DNA of 32,000 nt from Candidatus Nanohalobium constans. GTDB lineage: Archaea > Nanohalarchaeota > Nanosalinia > Nanosalinales > Nanosalinaceae. Each line of letters starts with the position of its first letter. The stretch's first letter is position 1. The notes beneath the pieces were generated by a model that was not told the origin of the DNA, did not search any database, and worked only from the letters and a program-made list of their open reading frames with translations. This document shows, one piece after another, positions 1-8,574 of this stretch. A program made the position numbers and the translations under genes. The DNA is taken from positions 270,001-302,000 of the forward strand of contig NZ_CP040089.1 of NCBI RefSeq assembly GCF_009617975.1. Direction: 5' to 3'.

Positions 1-931
1 GGAACTCTATCTCTTTGGGCTTCATGCCTGGTCTTACTTTCAGTACTCCGACTTCCTCATCTAATTCTGTATTTTTCTCGTATTCTTCATCGTCTTGATC
101 GAAATTAGTCTCTATTCTTCCGGTCTGGTAGTTTACTGAGCCTAATTTCTCCGCATTTATCGGCTTAAAAGCGTCTCTCTTTGAAGTATGCATTTTTCGG
201 ACTTTCTGCGGTGGTAGGATGTTGCATGTGTCGTCGCTACTGGTTTCATGCATGCAGACTCCGAATCCTGTGAAATCTGTTTCTGTCAGGAATCTGGATG
301 CACAGTACATGTTCATTTTGGCGTCTGTGCTTGGCCGGTCGGATGATCTCTGTGAACCTACTATCATTACTCCTGTATCCAGATTCTGAAGCATCAGGCT
401 GAGTCCTGCTCCTGTCCAGCTCATAGTGTCGGTTCCGTGACCTAGGATAATTCCGTCATAATCGTCTTTGACTTCGTCAATTGTTTCTGCGATATCTTGC
501 CAGTGACCTGGCTCCATATCTTCTGAAAGCATCTGTGCGACGACTTCAGAATGAAGATTTACTTCCTCTGCCAGTTCCGGATACATCTGAACAAGGTCTT
601 CTGGGTCGAAAGCCGGCTTGACTCCTCCTTCCTCATAAGAAACTCTTGAGGCGATTGTACCTCCTGTGTGTAGTACTAGTATATTTGGTTTGTTCTCTGA
701 GTGTTTTAGGTCGATATCTAATTCTCCAGAATCTTCGTTTTTTTCTATCAGTTCTATTTCTTCTGGTTCTAGACCTATGTTGTATCCTGAGTCCAGTTTT
801 AGATTCAGGATTTCTGGGTCGCCTGTTCCGGGTTTGGGCATCAGTCTGCCTTTTCTGCCGTTTACCTGGATGCGGTCTCCTGTTTCTATGTTTTTGTTTT
901 CGAGGAGTTGCTGGATGTTTTCAGAATACAT
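1..931 (-). CDS. gatD: Glu-tRNA(Gln) amidotransferase subunit D (GatD), N-terminal ~310 codons; 3' end lies beyond window start
   Basis: Not in ORF track because it is open at the window edge. My minus-strand translation from the ATG (complement of 929-931): MYSENIQQLLENKNIETGDRIQVNG...NILVLHTGGTIASRV...IILGHGTDTMSWTGA...MIVGSQRSSDRPSTDA. A ~90-aa N-domain followed by asparaginase-type TGGTIAS and HGTDTM motifs matches GatD architecture. Confidence 0.85.
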   Translation of the reverse strand, partial: MYSENIQQLLENKNIETGDRIQVNGRKGRLMPKPGTGDPEILNLKLDSGYNIGLEPEEIELIEKNEDSGELDIDLKHSENKPNILVLHTGGTIASRVSYEEGGVKPAFDPEDLVQMYPELAEEVNLHSEVVAQMLSEDMEPGHWQDIAETIDEVKDDYDGIILGHGTDTMSWTGAGLSLMLQNLDTGVMIVGSQRSSDRPSTDAKMNMYCASRFLTETDFTGFGVCMHETSSDDTCNILPPQKVRKMHTSKRDAFKPINAEKLGSVNYQTGRIETNFDQDDEEYEKNTELDEEVGVLKVRPGMKPKEIEF

Positions 932-1063
932 ACGGTGAAAGTGTTTACCAAAACTTAAGAAGTAGTCGTTGACTGGTTCTCTTTTAAAAAGATGTGCGCC
1001 GAATCTGTTATTATACACTTGCTAAAATACGCGAGAATTTACTAATCAGAGGTTTTTCTAATT

Positions 1064-2374
1064 ATGAAAGTACACACAATTGGAGGCTACGAAGAGATCG
1101 GCAAGAACATGACCGCCGTCGAAGTTGACGGAGAGGTCGTCGTATTCGATATGGGATACGACATGGAAAATGTTGTCGGCTCTGACGAGCAAATCGACGA
1201 ACTTACAACAAATCAAACCCTAGAAACAGGAGCAATCCCTAAAGACGAACAAATCTACGAGAAGAATGTCGTGGCAATCGTTATCGGCCACGGACACCTT
1301 GACCATGTAGGAGCAATTCCAAAATTGGCAGGAGCATACGACGCACCGATTATATGCACACCGTTCACGGAGAAGATTATCGAGAACGGCTTAGAGAGCG
1401 ACAGGAAGAACATCAACAATCAGATCATCTCCATGGAGCCAGGAGAAGAGTTTGACATCTCAGGCAAGATGGAGCTAGAGTTCCTGCATGTCAACCACAG
1501 CATCCCAGACGCAACACTCTCACTTCTCAAGACTCCGGACGGAAATGTCATCTACGGAAACGACATGAAGTTCGACAGAAGACCGGTAATCGGAGAGAAC
1601 ACTGATATCGACCGACTGAAAGAAGTTGGCGAAGAAGGAATAGAACTGATGATCCCAGGAACAACTTCCGTCGACGAAGACGGAAGAGTACCGCCTGAAG
1701 AATCAGTCAAGGTTGAACTGGAAAATGTTCTGAACGCTTCATACGAAGCAGGAGGAGCAGTAGTCATCACAACATTCTCCAGCCAGATCGCACGACTCAA
1801 CTCCATCCTTGAAGCAAACGATGGAAGAAGAAAAGTCGCATTCGTAGGAAGAAGCCTGAAAGAGTACACCAAAGGCGCAGAAGAATGCGGACTGATCGAT
1901 CTTTCACAGGTTGAAGTAGTTTCATACTTCGATGAATGTGAAGACTTGATGAGAAAAGTTGATGGTGAAAGAGAGGAATGGCTTGTAGTTGCTACAGGTA
2001 ACCAGGGAGAGCCTGGAGCACAGATGGACAAGATTGCATCCGGAACATACCCATTCGACTTCGAGAAAGGAGATCACGTAATCTTCTCCTCCAGAACAAT
2101 CCCAACGCCGCCAAACAAGGCAAACAGGTACAAACTGGAGAAGAAACTCTCCGAACAAGGCGTAAGACTTTACAAGAACATCCACACATCTGGACACGCC
2201 AAGAAAGAAGATCACAGAGACTTCATTACCTTCCTAGATCCAGATCACATTATTCCAAGCCACGGTCATCTTGGCAAACTTGGAAGCTATGTAGAACTGG
2301 CTCGTGAGGAAGGATACAGCCTAGGAGAAGATGTACACTTGTCAGAGAACGGCAAGGTCATCGAACTCAATTAA
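1064..2374 (+). CDS. rnj: archaeal RNase J (metallo-beta-lactamase / beta-CASP ribonuclease)
   Basis: 436 aa. N-terminus MKVHTIGGYEEIGKNMTAVE...VVFDMG and HGHLDH zinc motif. The C-terminal part has HTSGHA and PSHGH motifs typical of beta-CASP. AGAGGT lies ~10 nt upstream of the ATG. Confidence 0.85.
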   Translation: MKVHTIGGYEEIGKNMTAVEVDGEVVVFDMGYDMENVVGSDEQIDELTTNQTLETGAIPKDEQIYEKNVVAIVIGHGHLDHVGAIPKLAGAYDAPIICTPFTEKIIENGLESDRKNINNQIISMEPGEEFDISGKMELEFLHVNHSIPDATLSLLKTPDGNVIYGNDMKFDRRPVIGENTDIDRLKEVGEEGIELMIPGTTSVDEDGRVPPEESVKVELENVLNASYEAGGAVVITTFSSQIARLNSILEANDGRRKVAFVGRSLKEYTKGAEECGLIDLSQVEVVSYFDECEDLMRKVDGEREEWLVVATGNQGEPGAQMDKIASGTYPFDFEKGDHVIFSSRTIPTPPNKANRYKLEKKLSEQGVRLYKNIHTSGHAKKEDHRDFITFLDPDHIIPSHGHLGKLGSYVELAREEGYSLGEDVHLSENGKVIELN

Positions 2375-2828
2375 AACGGTCAGGGATTACAACCCTGTCA
2401 CCTTCTTCTACATTTTCTCTTTCTACAAAACTTGAATTCGTTTCTATCACATATTTTGCTGGAGCGTCGCTTCTGTAAGTCTTCAGGTTCTCATCAGAGG
2501 TATTTGGCTCTGGAACTGCTTCCTCTATGTTGATTATCTTGCCTTCAGAGTCTACAAAGATTATGTCGAGAGGTATCAATGTGTTTTTCATCCAGAATCC
2601 TCTGTCATCTTCTTCTGGGAATACGAATAGCATTCCTTGTTCTATCGGAAGTTTTTCTCTGTACATCAATCCTTTTTCTCTTTCCTGTGGTGTATCAGCT
2701 ATTTCCACATCTAGAGAGGTTGATGAGTCTGGAAAGTGTACCTGTGTTCCTCCTCCCAGTACAAATGCAACTGCTATCTGTGCCGTCAGGATTAGTGGGA
2801 GGATCTTGAAGGGGTTGAAGTCTTTCAT
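2367..2828 (-). CDS. DUF192 (COG1430) family protein with N-terminal membrane anchor/signal
   Basis: 153 aa. The core GLMYREKLPIEQGMLFVF...FWMKNTLIPLDIIFVDSEGKIINI is the DUF192 signature as I remember it. Hydrophobic N-terminus. The 3' end overlaps the rnj stop by 8 nt (convergent). Confidence 0.8.
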   Translation of the reverse strand: MKDFNPFKILPLILTAQIAVAFVLGGGTQVHFPDSSTSLDVEIADTPQEREKGLMYREKLPIEQGMLFVFPEEDDRGFWMKNTLIPLDIIFVDSEGKIINIEEAVPEPNTSDENLKTYRSDAPAKYVIETNSSFVERENVEEGDRVVIPDRFN

Positions 2829-2863
2829 AGTTGATAAAAAAGACTGCTGGAATATTAACTGTT

Positions 2864-3454
2864 ATGGAACTTGAATTGGACTTGGAACTTGACAAGGCTA
2901 AAGCCGGTTTCCTGACGGCAGGAATCTTAATCGGAATAATTGCTTCTTTCGGATTCGCAAACTCTCCAATAGCAAGTCCAGACAACTCTCAGAGGCTTGT
3001 CTCATTCCTAGAGAACCAGTCAGGACAAGATCTCGAAGCATTAAGTACTGAGAACGCCGGTCAGTTCCAGAAAATCGATGTAAGAACAGAAGACGACCAG
3101 TTAACAACATACTACACAGATGGGGAAAAATTCACCTCACAAATGCAAGACATCGAACAACTAAGACAACAGACCCAGAGGCTTGCCGACTTCAGCCAAT
3201 GTCTACAAGATTCAGGGACAGTAATGTTCGGAAACACTTCTCAGAGATCAACACAAGCCCAGATCCAAGCACTAGGAGGAACACAAGTAGTAGCACCGAT
3301 ATACCAAGATGTATCAAACAACCAAACGATAGAAGCAGTCAGACAGATCGGACTCCAACAAGTACCAGCATTCTACAGAAACCAATCAGCAATCCAAGGA
3401 ACACAGCAACTCGACCAAGTAGAACAGTTCACAGGCTGTAGCCTAGAAAACTAG
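2864..3454 (+). CDS. membrane-anchored Gln-rich protein with a cysteine-less thioredoxin-like C-terminal domain
   Basis: The track ORF 2831-3454 starts at TTG; I prefer the in-frame ATG at 2864 (MELELDLELDKAKAGFLTAGILIGIIASFGFA, one TM). The C-terminal half follows the pattern of VKOR-associated Trx-like domains, but the CxxC position reads SQRS. Confidence 0.6.
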   Translation: MELELDLELDKAKAGFLTAGILIGIIASFGFANSPIASPDNSQRLVSFLENQSGQDLEALSTENAGQFQKIDVRTEDDQLTTYYTDGEKFTSQMQDIEQLRQQTQRLADFSQCLQDSGTVMFGNTSQRSTQAQIQALGGTQVVAPIYQDVSNNQTIEAVRQIGLQQVPAFYRNQSAIQGTQQLDQVEQFTGCSLEN

Positions 3455-3461
3455 AGAATCA

Positions 3462-3596
3462 ATGGTAGAAACAGCATTAGAAATAACCTGTGACTCCTGC
3501 AGCAACCGCTTCTGGTACTCAGGAGAGAAAAAGTACCCTGAGACAGTTGAATGCTCTAAATGCAGTAAGGAGAATAAGATACCAGAGGAAGGCTGA
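3462..3596 (+). CDS. 44-aa zinc-ribbon mini-protein (CxxC...CxxC)
   Basis: Below the ORF-track size cutoff. ATG 3462 to TGA 3594-3596 translates to MVETALEITCDSCSNRFWYSGEKKYPETVECSKCSKENKIPEEG. Two CxxC pairs are spaced 18 residues apart, as in a rubredoxin-like knuckle. It fills an otherwise empty 170-nt gap. Confidence 0.55.
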   Translation: MVETALEITCDSCSNRFWYSGEKKYPETVECSKCSKENKIPEEG

Positions 3597-3632
3597 AAAA
3601 GCTAAAAAATTCTCGATAACTAATTGTATAAT

Positions 3633-4256
3633 ATGCCTTCCATGGACCCTCATCCGGAAGAAACAATAGAAAATTTTGGATTAGGTGATGTTGTAGATTT
3701 TGACTGGATAGAGGAGGATTATCTTGAAGGCGGTGCGGTAGCTGCGACCGCCAGGAAACCTAAACTGGAGCCTGTAGATAATCTTGGAGATGCTAAAAAT
3801 TATGAAGGGCTTTTTGCAGGTCCTGACGGTCAGTTATATGGTGTAAGCGAGGATAAGAGTATAGGTTTTATTGGAGATATTGAATCTTACTCTAATTTTG
3901 ATTATCCAACTATAGAGCATTCTAATCTACATGAATCACAGCATTACATCCAGTTCGACGAAGACCAGCTCTGGGGAGATACGATGGACGAGGTATATGG
4001 CGTTTCAGATGATTTAAGAAAACAACTTAACAAGGTTGATAGACTGAGGGACTTGAACGATCATCCTCTCTACGGCAGATTTATCGACGATGCAAGGGTT
4101 ACAGGTGTGGTAGAAGGATACACGGAAAGAGTTACTCAGTCGTTACAGGAAAACGGAGAAGAAATTGGAGAAGGCTTCTACCCTGGATACACACAACTTG
4201 CGGAGAATACGATGAAAGCAGATGGAATCGACATAGACGAAGAACTGGAGCCATAA
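3633..4256 (+). CDS. acidic hypothetical protein containing an HExxH motif
   Basis: The track ORF starts at TTG 3624; ATG at 3633 (MPSMDPHPEE) is more likely, with TATA-like TTGTATAAT immediately upstream. HESQH is encoded at 3930-3944. I recognise no family. Confidence 0.65.
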   Translation: MPSMDPHPEETIENFGLGDVVDFDWIEEDYLEGGAVAATARKPKLEPVDNLGDAKNYEGLFAGPDGQLYGVSEDKSIGFIGDIESYSNFDYPTIEHSNLHESQHYIQFDEDQLWGDTMDEVYGVSDDLRKQLNKVDRLRDLNDHPLYGRFIDDARVTGVVEGYTERVTQSLQENGEEIGEGFYPGYTQLAENTMKADGIDIDEELEP

Positions 4257-4295
4257 ATCCATCAAGAGTAAAAATTTTCCTGACAAACCCGTAAC

Positions 4296-5708
4296 ATGGC
4301 TTCTATCATTCTCCCAAACCAGCTCTTCCCCGAACCAGTGGAAGAAGACAAAAAGTACTTGGTGGAACACTCACGCTACTTCACAGACTTCAAGTTCCAC
4401 AGGAAGAAACTAGTACTACATAGAGCCTCTATGAAGGTCTATAATGAAGAATTAGATGGAGAGTATATAGGATACGATCAGGACTTAGCTAAGATATTCA
4501 AAAAAGAAGACCGGATCCGGATGTACGACCCGGTAGACCACAAAGTCCGGAACCAGATTGAGGCACTGGCAGAAAAACATGATGCAGAACTAATTTTTGA
4601 GGAAACTCCGGGTTTCATGGCTTCGATGGAGTTCAACGGAGAATACTTTGAGAGCCACGAATACTTCCAGCTAAACTACTACAAACAGATGCGGAAGAAA
4701 CATAATGTACTCGTCGACGAAGACGGCAAACCTGAAGGCGGAAAATGGAGCTTCGATCCGGAAAACAGGGAGAAAATGCCAGAAGACATCGACAAACCAG
4801 AGATACCACAGTTTTCATCCCAGCATGTAGAAGAGGCCAAAGAGTACATTCAAGATAACTTCCCGGACAATCCCGGGAAAATTGAGGACTTCTTCTGGCC
4901 AGTAACACGTGAACAGGCGCTGGAGAACCTGGAAGACTTTCTTGAAAATAGACTGGAGAATTTCGGTGATTATCAGGACGCAATCGACTCCGACCTCAAG
5001 TTCGGCTTCCACTCACTGCTTTCATCCTCAATAAACATCGGTTTAATCACTTCAGAAGAGGTCGTGGAGAAGACTCTTGAGTCGCATGAGAAACATGATT
5101 ATCCGATGAATTCTCTGGAAGGATTCTTGCGGCAGATCATCGGTTGGCGGGAGTTCATCCGGGCAATGTACGAACTGGAACCTGAGATGAGTGAAGTGAA
5201 CTTCTGGGATGCAGACAACGAACTGCCTGAAGAGTTTTACACCGGCGAGACGGGCCTTCCACCTGTAGATGATTCGATTCAGCACGCTTTGGATGATGCT
5301 TACTGTCATCACATCGAGCGGTTGATGGTGCTGGGTAATGTGATGCTGTTGCTGGAGGTAGATCCTGACGAGGTCTACGACTGGTTCATGGAGATGTTTA
5401 TCGACTCGTATGACTGGGTGATGGTGCCGAACATCTACGGCATGAGCCAGTACGCCTACGAAAACATGATGACCAAACCCTACATCTCATCCTCAAACTA
5501 CATCAACAAAATGAGCCACTACACCGGCGGAAAATGGGAAAACCACTGGGACGGCCTCTACTGGAACTTCATATCCAAGCATGAAGAGAAGATTTCGGAT
5601 ATCCACAGAATGAGCTTCATGACCTCAACACTCAACAGGATGAACGAAGAAACAGTAGAAGAGCATCTGGAAAATGCTGAGAATTTCAGGAGTAACCTGT
5701 CATCTTAG
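4296..5708 (+). CDS. cryptochrome/photolyase-family protein of the COG3046 (photolyase-related / FeS-BCP, prokaryotic 6-4 photolyase) type
   Basis: 470 aa. Remembered COG3046 motifs are present: ILPNQLF, GGKWSFDPENR, HSLLSSSINIGLI, EGFLRQIIGWREF, HHIERLMVLGNVMLL, DSYDWVMVPNIYGMSQYA, KPYISSSNYINKMSHY. Confidence 0.85.
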   Translation: MASIILPNQLFPEPVEEDKKYLVEHSRYFTDFKFHRKKLVLHRASMKVYNEELDGEYIGYDQDLAKIFKKEDRIRMYDPVDHKVRNQIEALAEKHDAELIFEETPGFMASMEFNGEYFESHEYFQLNYYKQMRKKHNVLVDEDGKPEGGKWSFDPENREKMPEDIDKPEIPQFSSQHVEEAKEYIQDNFPDNPGKIEDFFWPVTREQALENLEDFLENRLENFGDYQDAIDSDLKFGFHSLLSSSINIGLITSEEVVEKTLESHEKHDYPMNSLEGFLRQIIGWREFIRAMYELEPEMSEVNFWDADNELPEEFYTGETGLPPVDDSIQHALDDAYCHHIERLMVLGNVMLLLEVDPDEVYDWFMEMFIDSYDWVMVPNIYGMSQYAYENMMTKPYISSSNYINKMSHYTGGKWENHWDGLYWNFISKHEEKISDIHRMSFMTSTLNRMNEETVEEHLENAENFRSNLSS

Positions 5709-6146
5709 TCATTTTATGAAGAAAGATACAAAATCTTGTAGAATCTCGGTGTTGAATTCTAAATCCCATCCTAGACTTCTCCGCTCAATCTTTCCATAGA
5801 AACCCTTATTCTGATCATGGTGTACTGTAATCCTCACATCTCTGGCCCAATAATCTCCTTCCTCGGACGGATCAATTGTACTCCATTCCTGAACCTGTGA
5901 TCCAAACTCGGGATCGCCTTCAGTACAGCCATATTTCACGATATTTTCTTGGACGATAATTTTGCATTCTACTTTCCCATATTCATTAGGATCGTCCTTC
6001 TGCCAAGTAAACTCACTTCCTGGAGATATATAGCCTTCAGCGTATGTATTGAAGAACTGCGCGCCGCCCACTCCAAAGACTAGAAATAAGACAATGGCTA
6101 TTTTCAAATAACTCCATTCCGAAAGCGGCATATTCTTACAGTACAT
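5709..6146 (-). CDS. hypothetical membrane-anchored/secreted protein
   Basis: 145 aa. N-terminal hydrophobic segment YLKIAIVLFLVFGVGGAQFF, then a soluble domain with two Cys. Its stop abuts the stop of the convergent photolyase-like gene with a 0-nt gap. Confidence 0.6.
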   Translation of the reverse strand: MYCKNMPLSEWSYLKIAIVLFLVFGVGGAQFFNTYAEGYISPGSEFTWQKDDPNEYGKVECKIIVQENIVKYGCTEGDPEFGSQVQEWSTIDPSEEGDYWARDVRITVHHDQNKGFYGKIERRSLGWDLEFNTEILQDFVSFFIK

Positions 6147-6189
6147 GCAAACTGTTTTTTATTTAAGCTAGAGACGAGAATACAGAAGA

Positions 6190-6795
6190 TTATCGTATTT
6201 CAAATATTTCTCCACCAGGCCTCCTCCAGTTTCTGTCTTCTTCTTTCGGGTATCCGATCGGGAAGATAAGGATAGGCCTTTCAGTTTCCTTCAGATCTAG
6301 TTTCTCGGATAGTTTGTCTTGGTCGAAGCCTCTTACTGGGCAGCTGCCGATTCCGTGTGTTTTGCATGCGAGCATGAAGAATGTGGCAGGTATGACGGTG
6401 TTTCTGGTGAGCCAGCCTGTCATGAACTCGCTGTCCCTGTTCTTGTAGTCGAAGTACATTTTACGCAGATTCTCTGCTTTCTCCTCGTCGATCCTGCCTT
6501 CCTCCAGTTTGTGCTCCAGGACCTGGTCGGCGTTCACATCTATCTCTTCGTCTCCGACCAGGACTACTATCTTGTCGGCGTACCTGATCCAGCCGTTCAC
6601 CGGTATCACGGAGCTTGTGGCTTTCTCCATTGCTTCCTCGGAGTCCAGGACGATGAACCTGTAGGGTTGGAGGTTGAACGCGGTCGGTGCCTTCGTAGTC
6701 AGTTCGAAGATCTTCTCCAGTTTCTCCCTCTCTACTTCTTCATCTGTGAACTTCTTGACTGATGACCAGTTCTCCATCGCGTCTTCCAGATCCAT
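6190..6795 (-). CDS. nitroreductase-family flavoprotein
   Basis: 201 aa. SVKKFTDEEV...KIFELTTKAPTAFNLQPYRFIVL is the classic nitroreductase N-terminal motif. The start overlaps the nth stop (TAATG). Confidence 0.85.
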   Translation of the reverse strand: MDLEDAMENWSSVKKFTDEEVEREKLEKIFELTTKAPTAFNLQPYRFIVLDSEEAMEKATSSVIPVNGWIRYADKIVVLVGDEEIDVNADQVLEHKLEEGRIDEEKAENLRKMYFDYKNRDSEFMTGWLTRNTVIPATFFMLACKTHGIGSCPVRGFDQDKLSEKLDLKETERPILIFPIGYPKEEDRNWRRPGGEIFEIR

Positions 6796-7517
6796 TATTC
6801 CATCTCCTCCGGAGGATATTCTTCAGGTGTTAAGTCGCCGTTTTCCACCAGTTCGTATCTCGAACAGTACCTCTTCAGCTTTGTTTCTTCGCATGTCGGG
6901 TTTCTGGCGGAGCAGTTGTTTTTCCCATGTTCGATTATCAGCATGTGGAAGCTGTTCTTGATATCATGTGGCACTGCCTCGTTCAGTAGTTCATGGGCTT
7001 TTCCGTTTGATGCTGAGAAAGGAATCAAACGGAATCTTTTGGCGATTCTTTCTACATGTGTATCGACCGGCATTACATCTGCGTCGAAGTGGAAGTTGAG
7101 TAGTACTGATGCTGTTTTCGGCCCGATGCCTTTAATCTCTTCAAGCCAGTCCTGAGCATCTGAATCTTCCATATCGCCGAGGAACTCCACTGAGTAATCC
7201 TCTTTGTCTCCATGTTCTCTTAGCGCTTTCAGGGTTCTCTGGATTCTCTGTGCTTTGGTTTGTGGTAGTCCTGCGGGATTGATTGAATCGGCTAGTTCGT
7301 CTACTGATGCGTTTTCTATTTCCTCATAGTTTTTGAAGTCCTTGAACAGGTTTTCTGCTGCTCGTGCCGTGTTTTCGTCCGCTACATTCTGTGATAGTAT
7401 TGTAACGAGTAGCTGTCTGACTCCGTCTTTGTCGTCGTGCCAGTCTTGTTCTCCGTATACTTCGAGTAGATCCTGATGTATGTTTCTGATGCGTTCCTCT
7501 GAGTTGTCGATTTGCAT
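6795..7517 (-). CDS. nth: endonuclease III (HhH-GPD DNA glycosylase/AP lyase)
   Basis: 240 aa. HhH element IKGIGPKTASVLL, catalytic-Asp context MPVDTHVERIAKRF, and a C-terminal Cys loop CSARNPTCEETKLKRYC. Confidence 0.88.
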   Translation of the reverse strand: MQIDNSEERIRNIHQDLLEVYGEQDWHDDKDGVRQLLVTILSQNVADENTARAAENLFKDFKNYEEIENASVDELADSINPAGLPQTKAQRIQRTLKALREHGDKEDYSVEFLGDMEDSDAQDWLEEIKGIGPKTASVLLNFHFDADVMPVDTHVERIAKRFRLIPFSASNGKAHELLNEAVPHDIKNSFHMLIIEHGKNNCSARNPTCEETKLKRYCSRYELVENGDLTPEEYPPEEME

Positions 7518-7651
7518 GTATGTTATTGTTGCCGTTAACCTCTAGTTTCTGACTGTGTTGCCTCAAGGGGTTTTTGGTGAGGAAGGTAAAGGAACGGTTT
7601 TTTCTCTTTAGTCGCTATTTTGATCGGAGCTGGATTACTTTTTCTACGATA

Positions 7652-8251
7652 TTAGATCATGGAGTTCAGTTTCAGGTAGAGCTTTGAGGCTTTCTCTGTA
7701 ATGTTGACTCCTACTATGTAGATTGTCAGTCCTGCGATAACTGCTGCTGTAAGTTCTGGTGGTGTTGTCAATGTGGTTCCGTAGACTTGGAAGTCGATGG
7801 TCCTGTACAGCAGTGGTGAGAGTACGAGTGCTGTGCTGAGTGAGATATAGGTCGTGATTAGAATTAGGGACGCCATTCCTACAGGGAATTTTGCCAGTGA
7901 GATCAAGAGTGCTTTCCAGGACTTAGTATCTAGGTACAGTTCCTTGCTTGTCTCCAGCAAATCGCCACCCTCAATCGATGGAATCATATTTAGTTCAATG
8001 TCGTGGCGTTTTGCCTCCTTTTCCAGGATACTGAGCTCCATGTTTGAAGCTTTTCTGATCACATACAATGTGGCAGCGCCTGCTAAAACTCCTATCGGGG
8101 CTGTAATTATTCCAGCTACGAGACCTAGAGCTGCGGAGAAACCTGAGACAGCGATCAAAAAGTAGATGTTGCCAGTGATAAAAGATGAAAGAAGAACTGC
8201 GTGACCACGCAGCATATTGGGAACAAATACGTTCTTTAATTTATTTTTCAT
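7652..8251 (-). CDS. multi-pass membrane protein, unknown function
   Basis: 199 aa with about four hydrophobic segments separated by a charged loop (ILEKEAKRHDIELN). It lies 6 nt downstream of the 8258-8473 ORF on the same strand. Confidence 0.65.
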   Translation of the reverse strand: MKNKLKNVFVPNMLRGHAVLLSSFITGNIYFLIAVSGFSAALGLVAGIITAPIGVLAGAATLYVIRKASNMELSILEKEAKRHDIELNMIPSIEGGDLLETSKELYLDTKSWKALLISLAKFPVGMASLILITTYISLSTALVLSPLLYRTIDFQVYGTTLTTPPELTAAVIAGLTIYIVGVNITEKASKLYLKLNSMI

Positions 8252-8257
8252 AGTCGG

Positions 8258-8473
8258 TCACTCCTTCATGTTCTTTACTGCAAACAGCATCGTCAAGCCT
8301 CCTGCAATAAGCAGCAGCATTCCCTGGACATCTGCAGGAACCAGAGCTGGGACACTGAAACCAAGGTCTACCTTGGGAATCAACATTCCTTCGTTCGTAA
8401 TCAAGGTAAGTATCCCTGCGATTTCAAGTAGAGACGCGACCGGCAACAAATATTTACCATCTATGTGGCTCAT
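8258..8473 (-). CDS. small two-TM membrane protein
   Basis: 71 aa with two hydrophobic helices. It sits immediately upstream of 7652-8251, and an AT-rich promoter-like region lies upstream of it. Confidence 0.5.
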   Translation of the reverse strand: MSHIDGKYLLPVASLLEIAGILTLITNEGMLIPKVDLGFSVPALVPADVQGMLLLIAGGLTMLFAVKNMKE

Positions 8474-8574
8474 GATTTAGGCTTTGTATATTTAATATAA
8501 AAAATCAGTCAACTGCTCCAATCTAGAATTATTCCTGTTATTTATTTTATAAAACAAGGAACATCAACCAGGTA
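8474..8574. promoter_or_regulatory. AT-rich divergent intergenic region with TATA-like boxes
   Basis: Contains TATATTTAATATAAAAAA and TTATTTATTTTATAAAA, between divergently transcribed genes whose starts are at 8473 (minus) and 8575 (plus). Confidence 0.3.

Noticed and set aside
646-972. Plus-strand ORFs 646-972 and 666-938 (Cys/Leu/Phe-rich products).
   Set aside because: They lie antisense to the clearly recognisable gatD reading frame and have implausible low-complexity, non-acidic composition. They are shadow ORFs.
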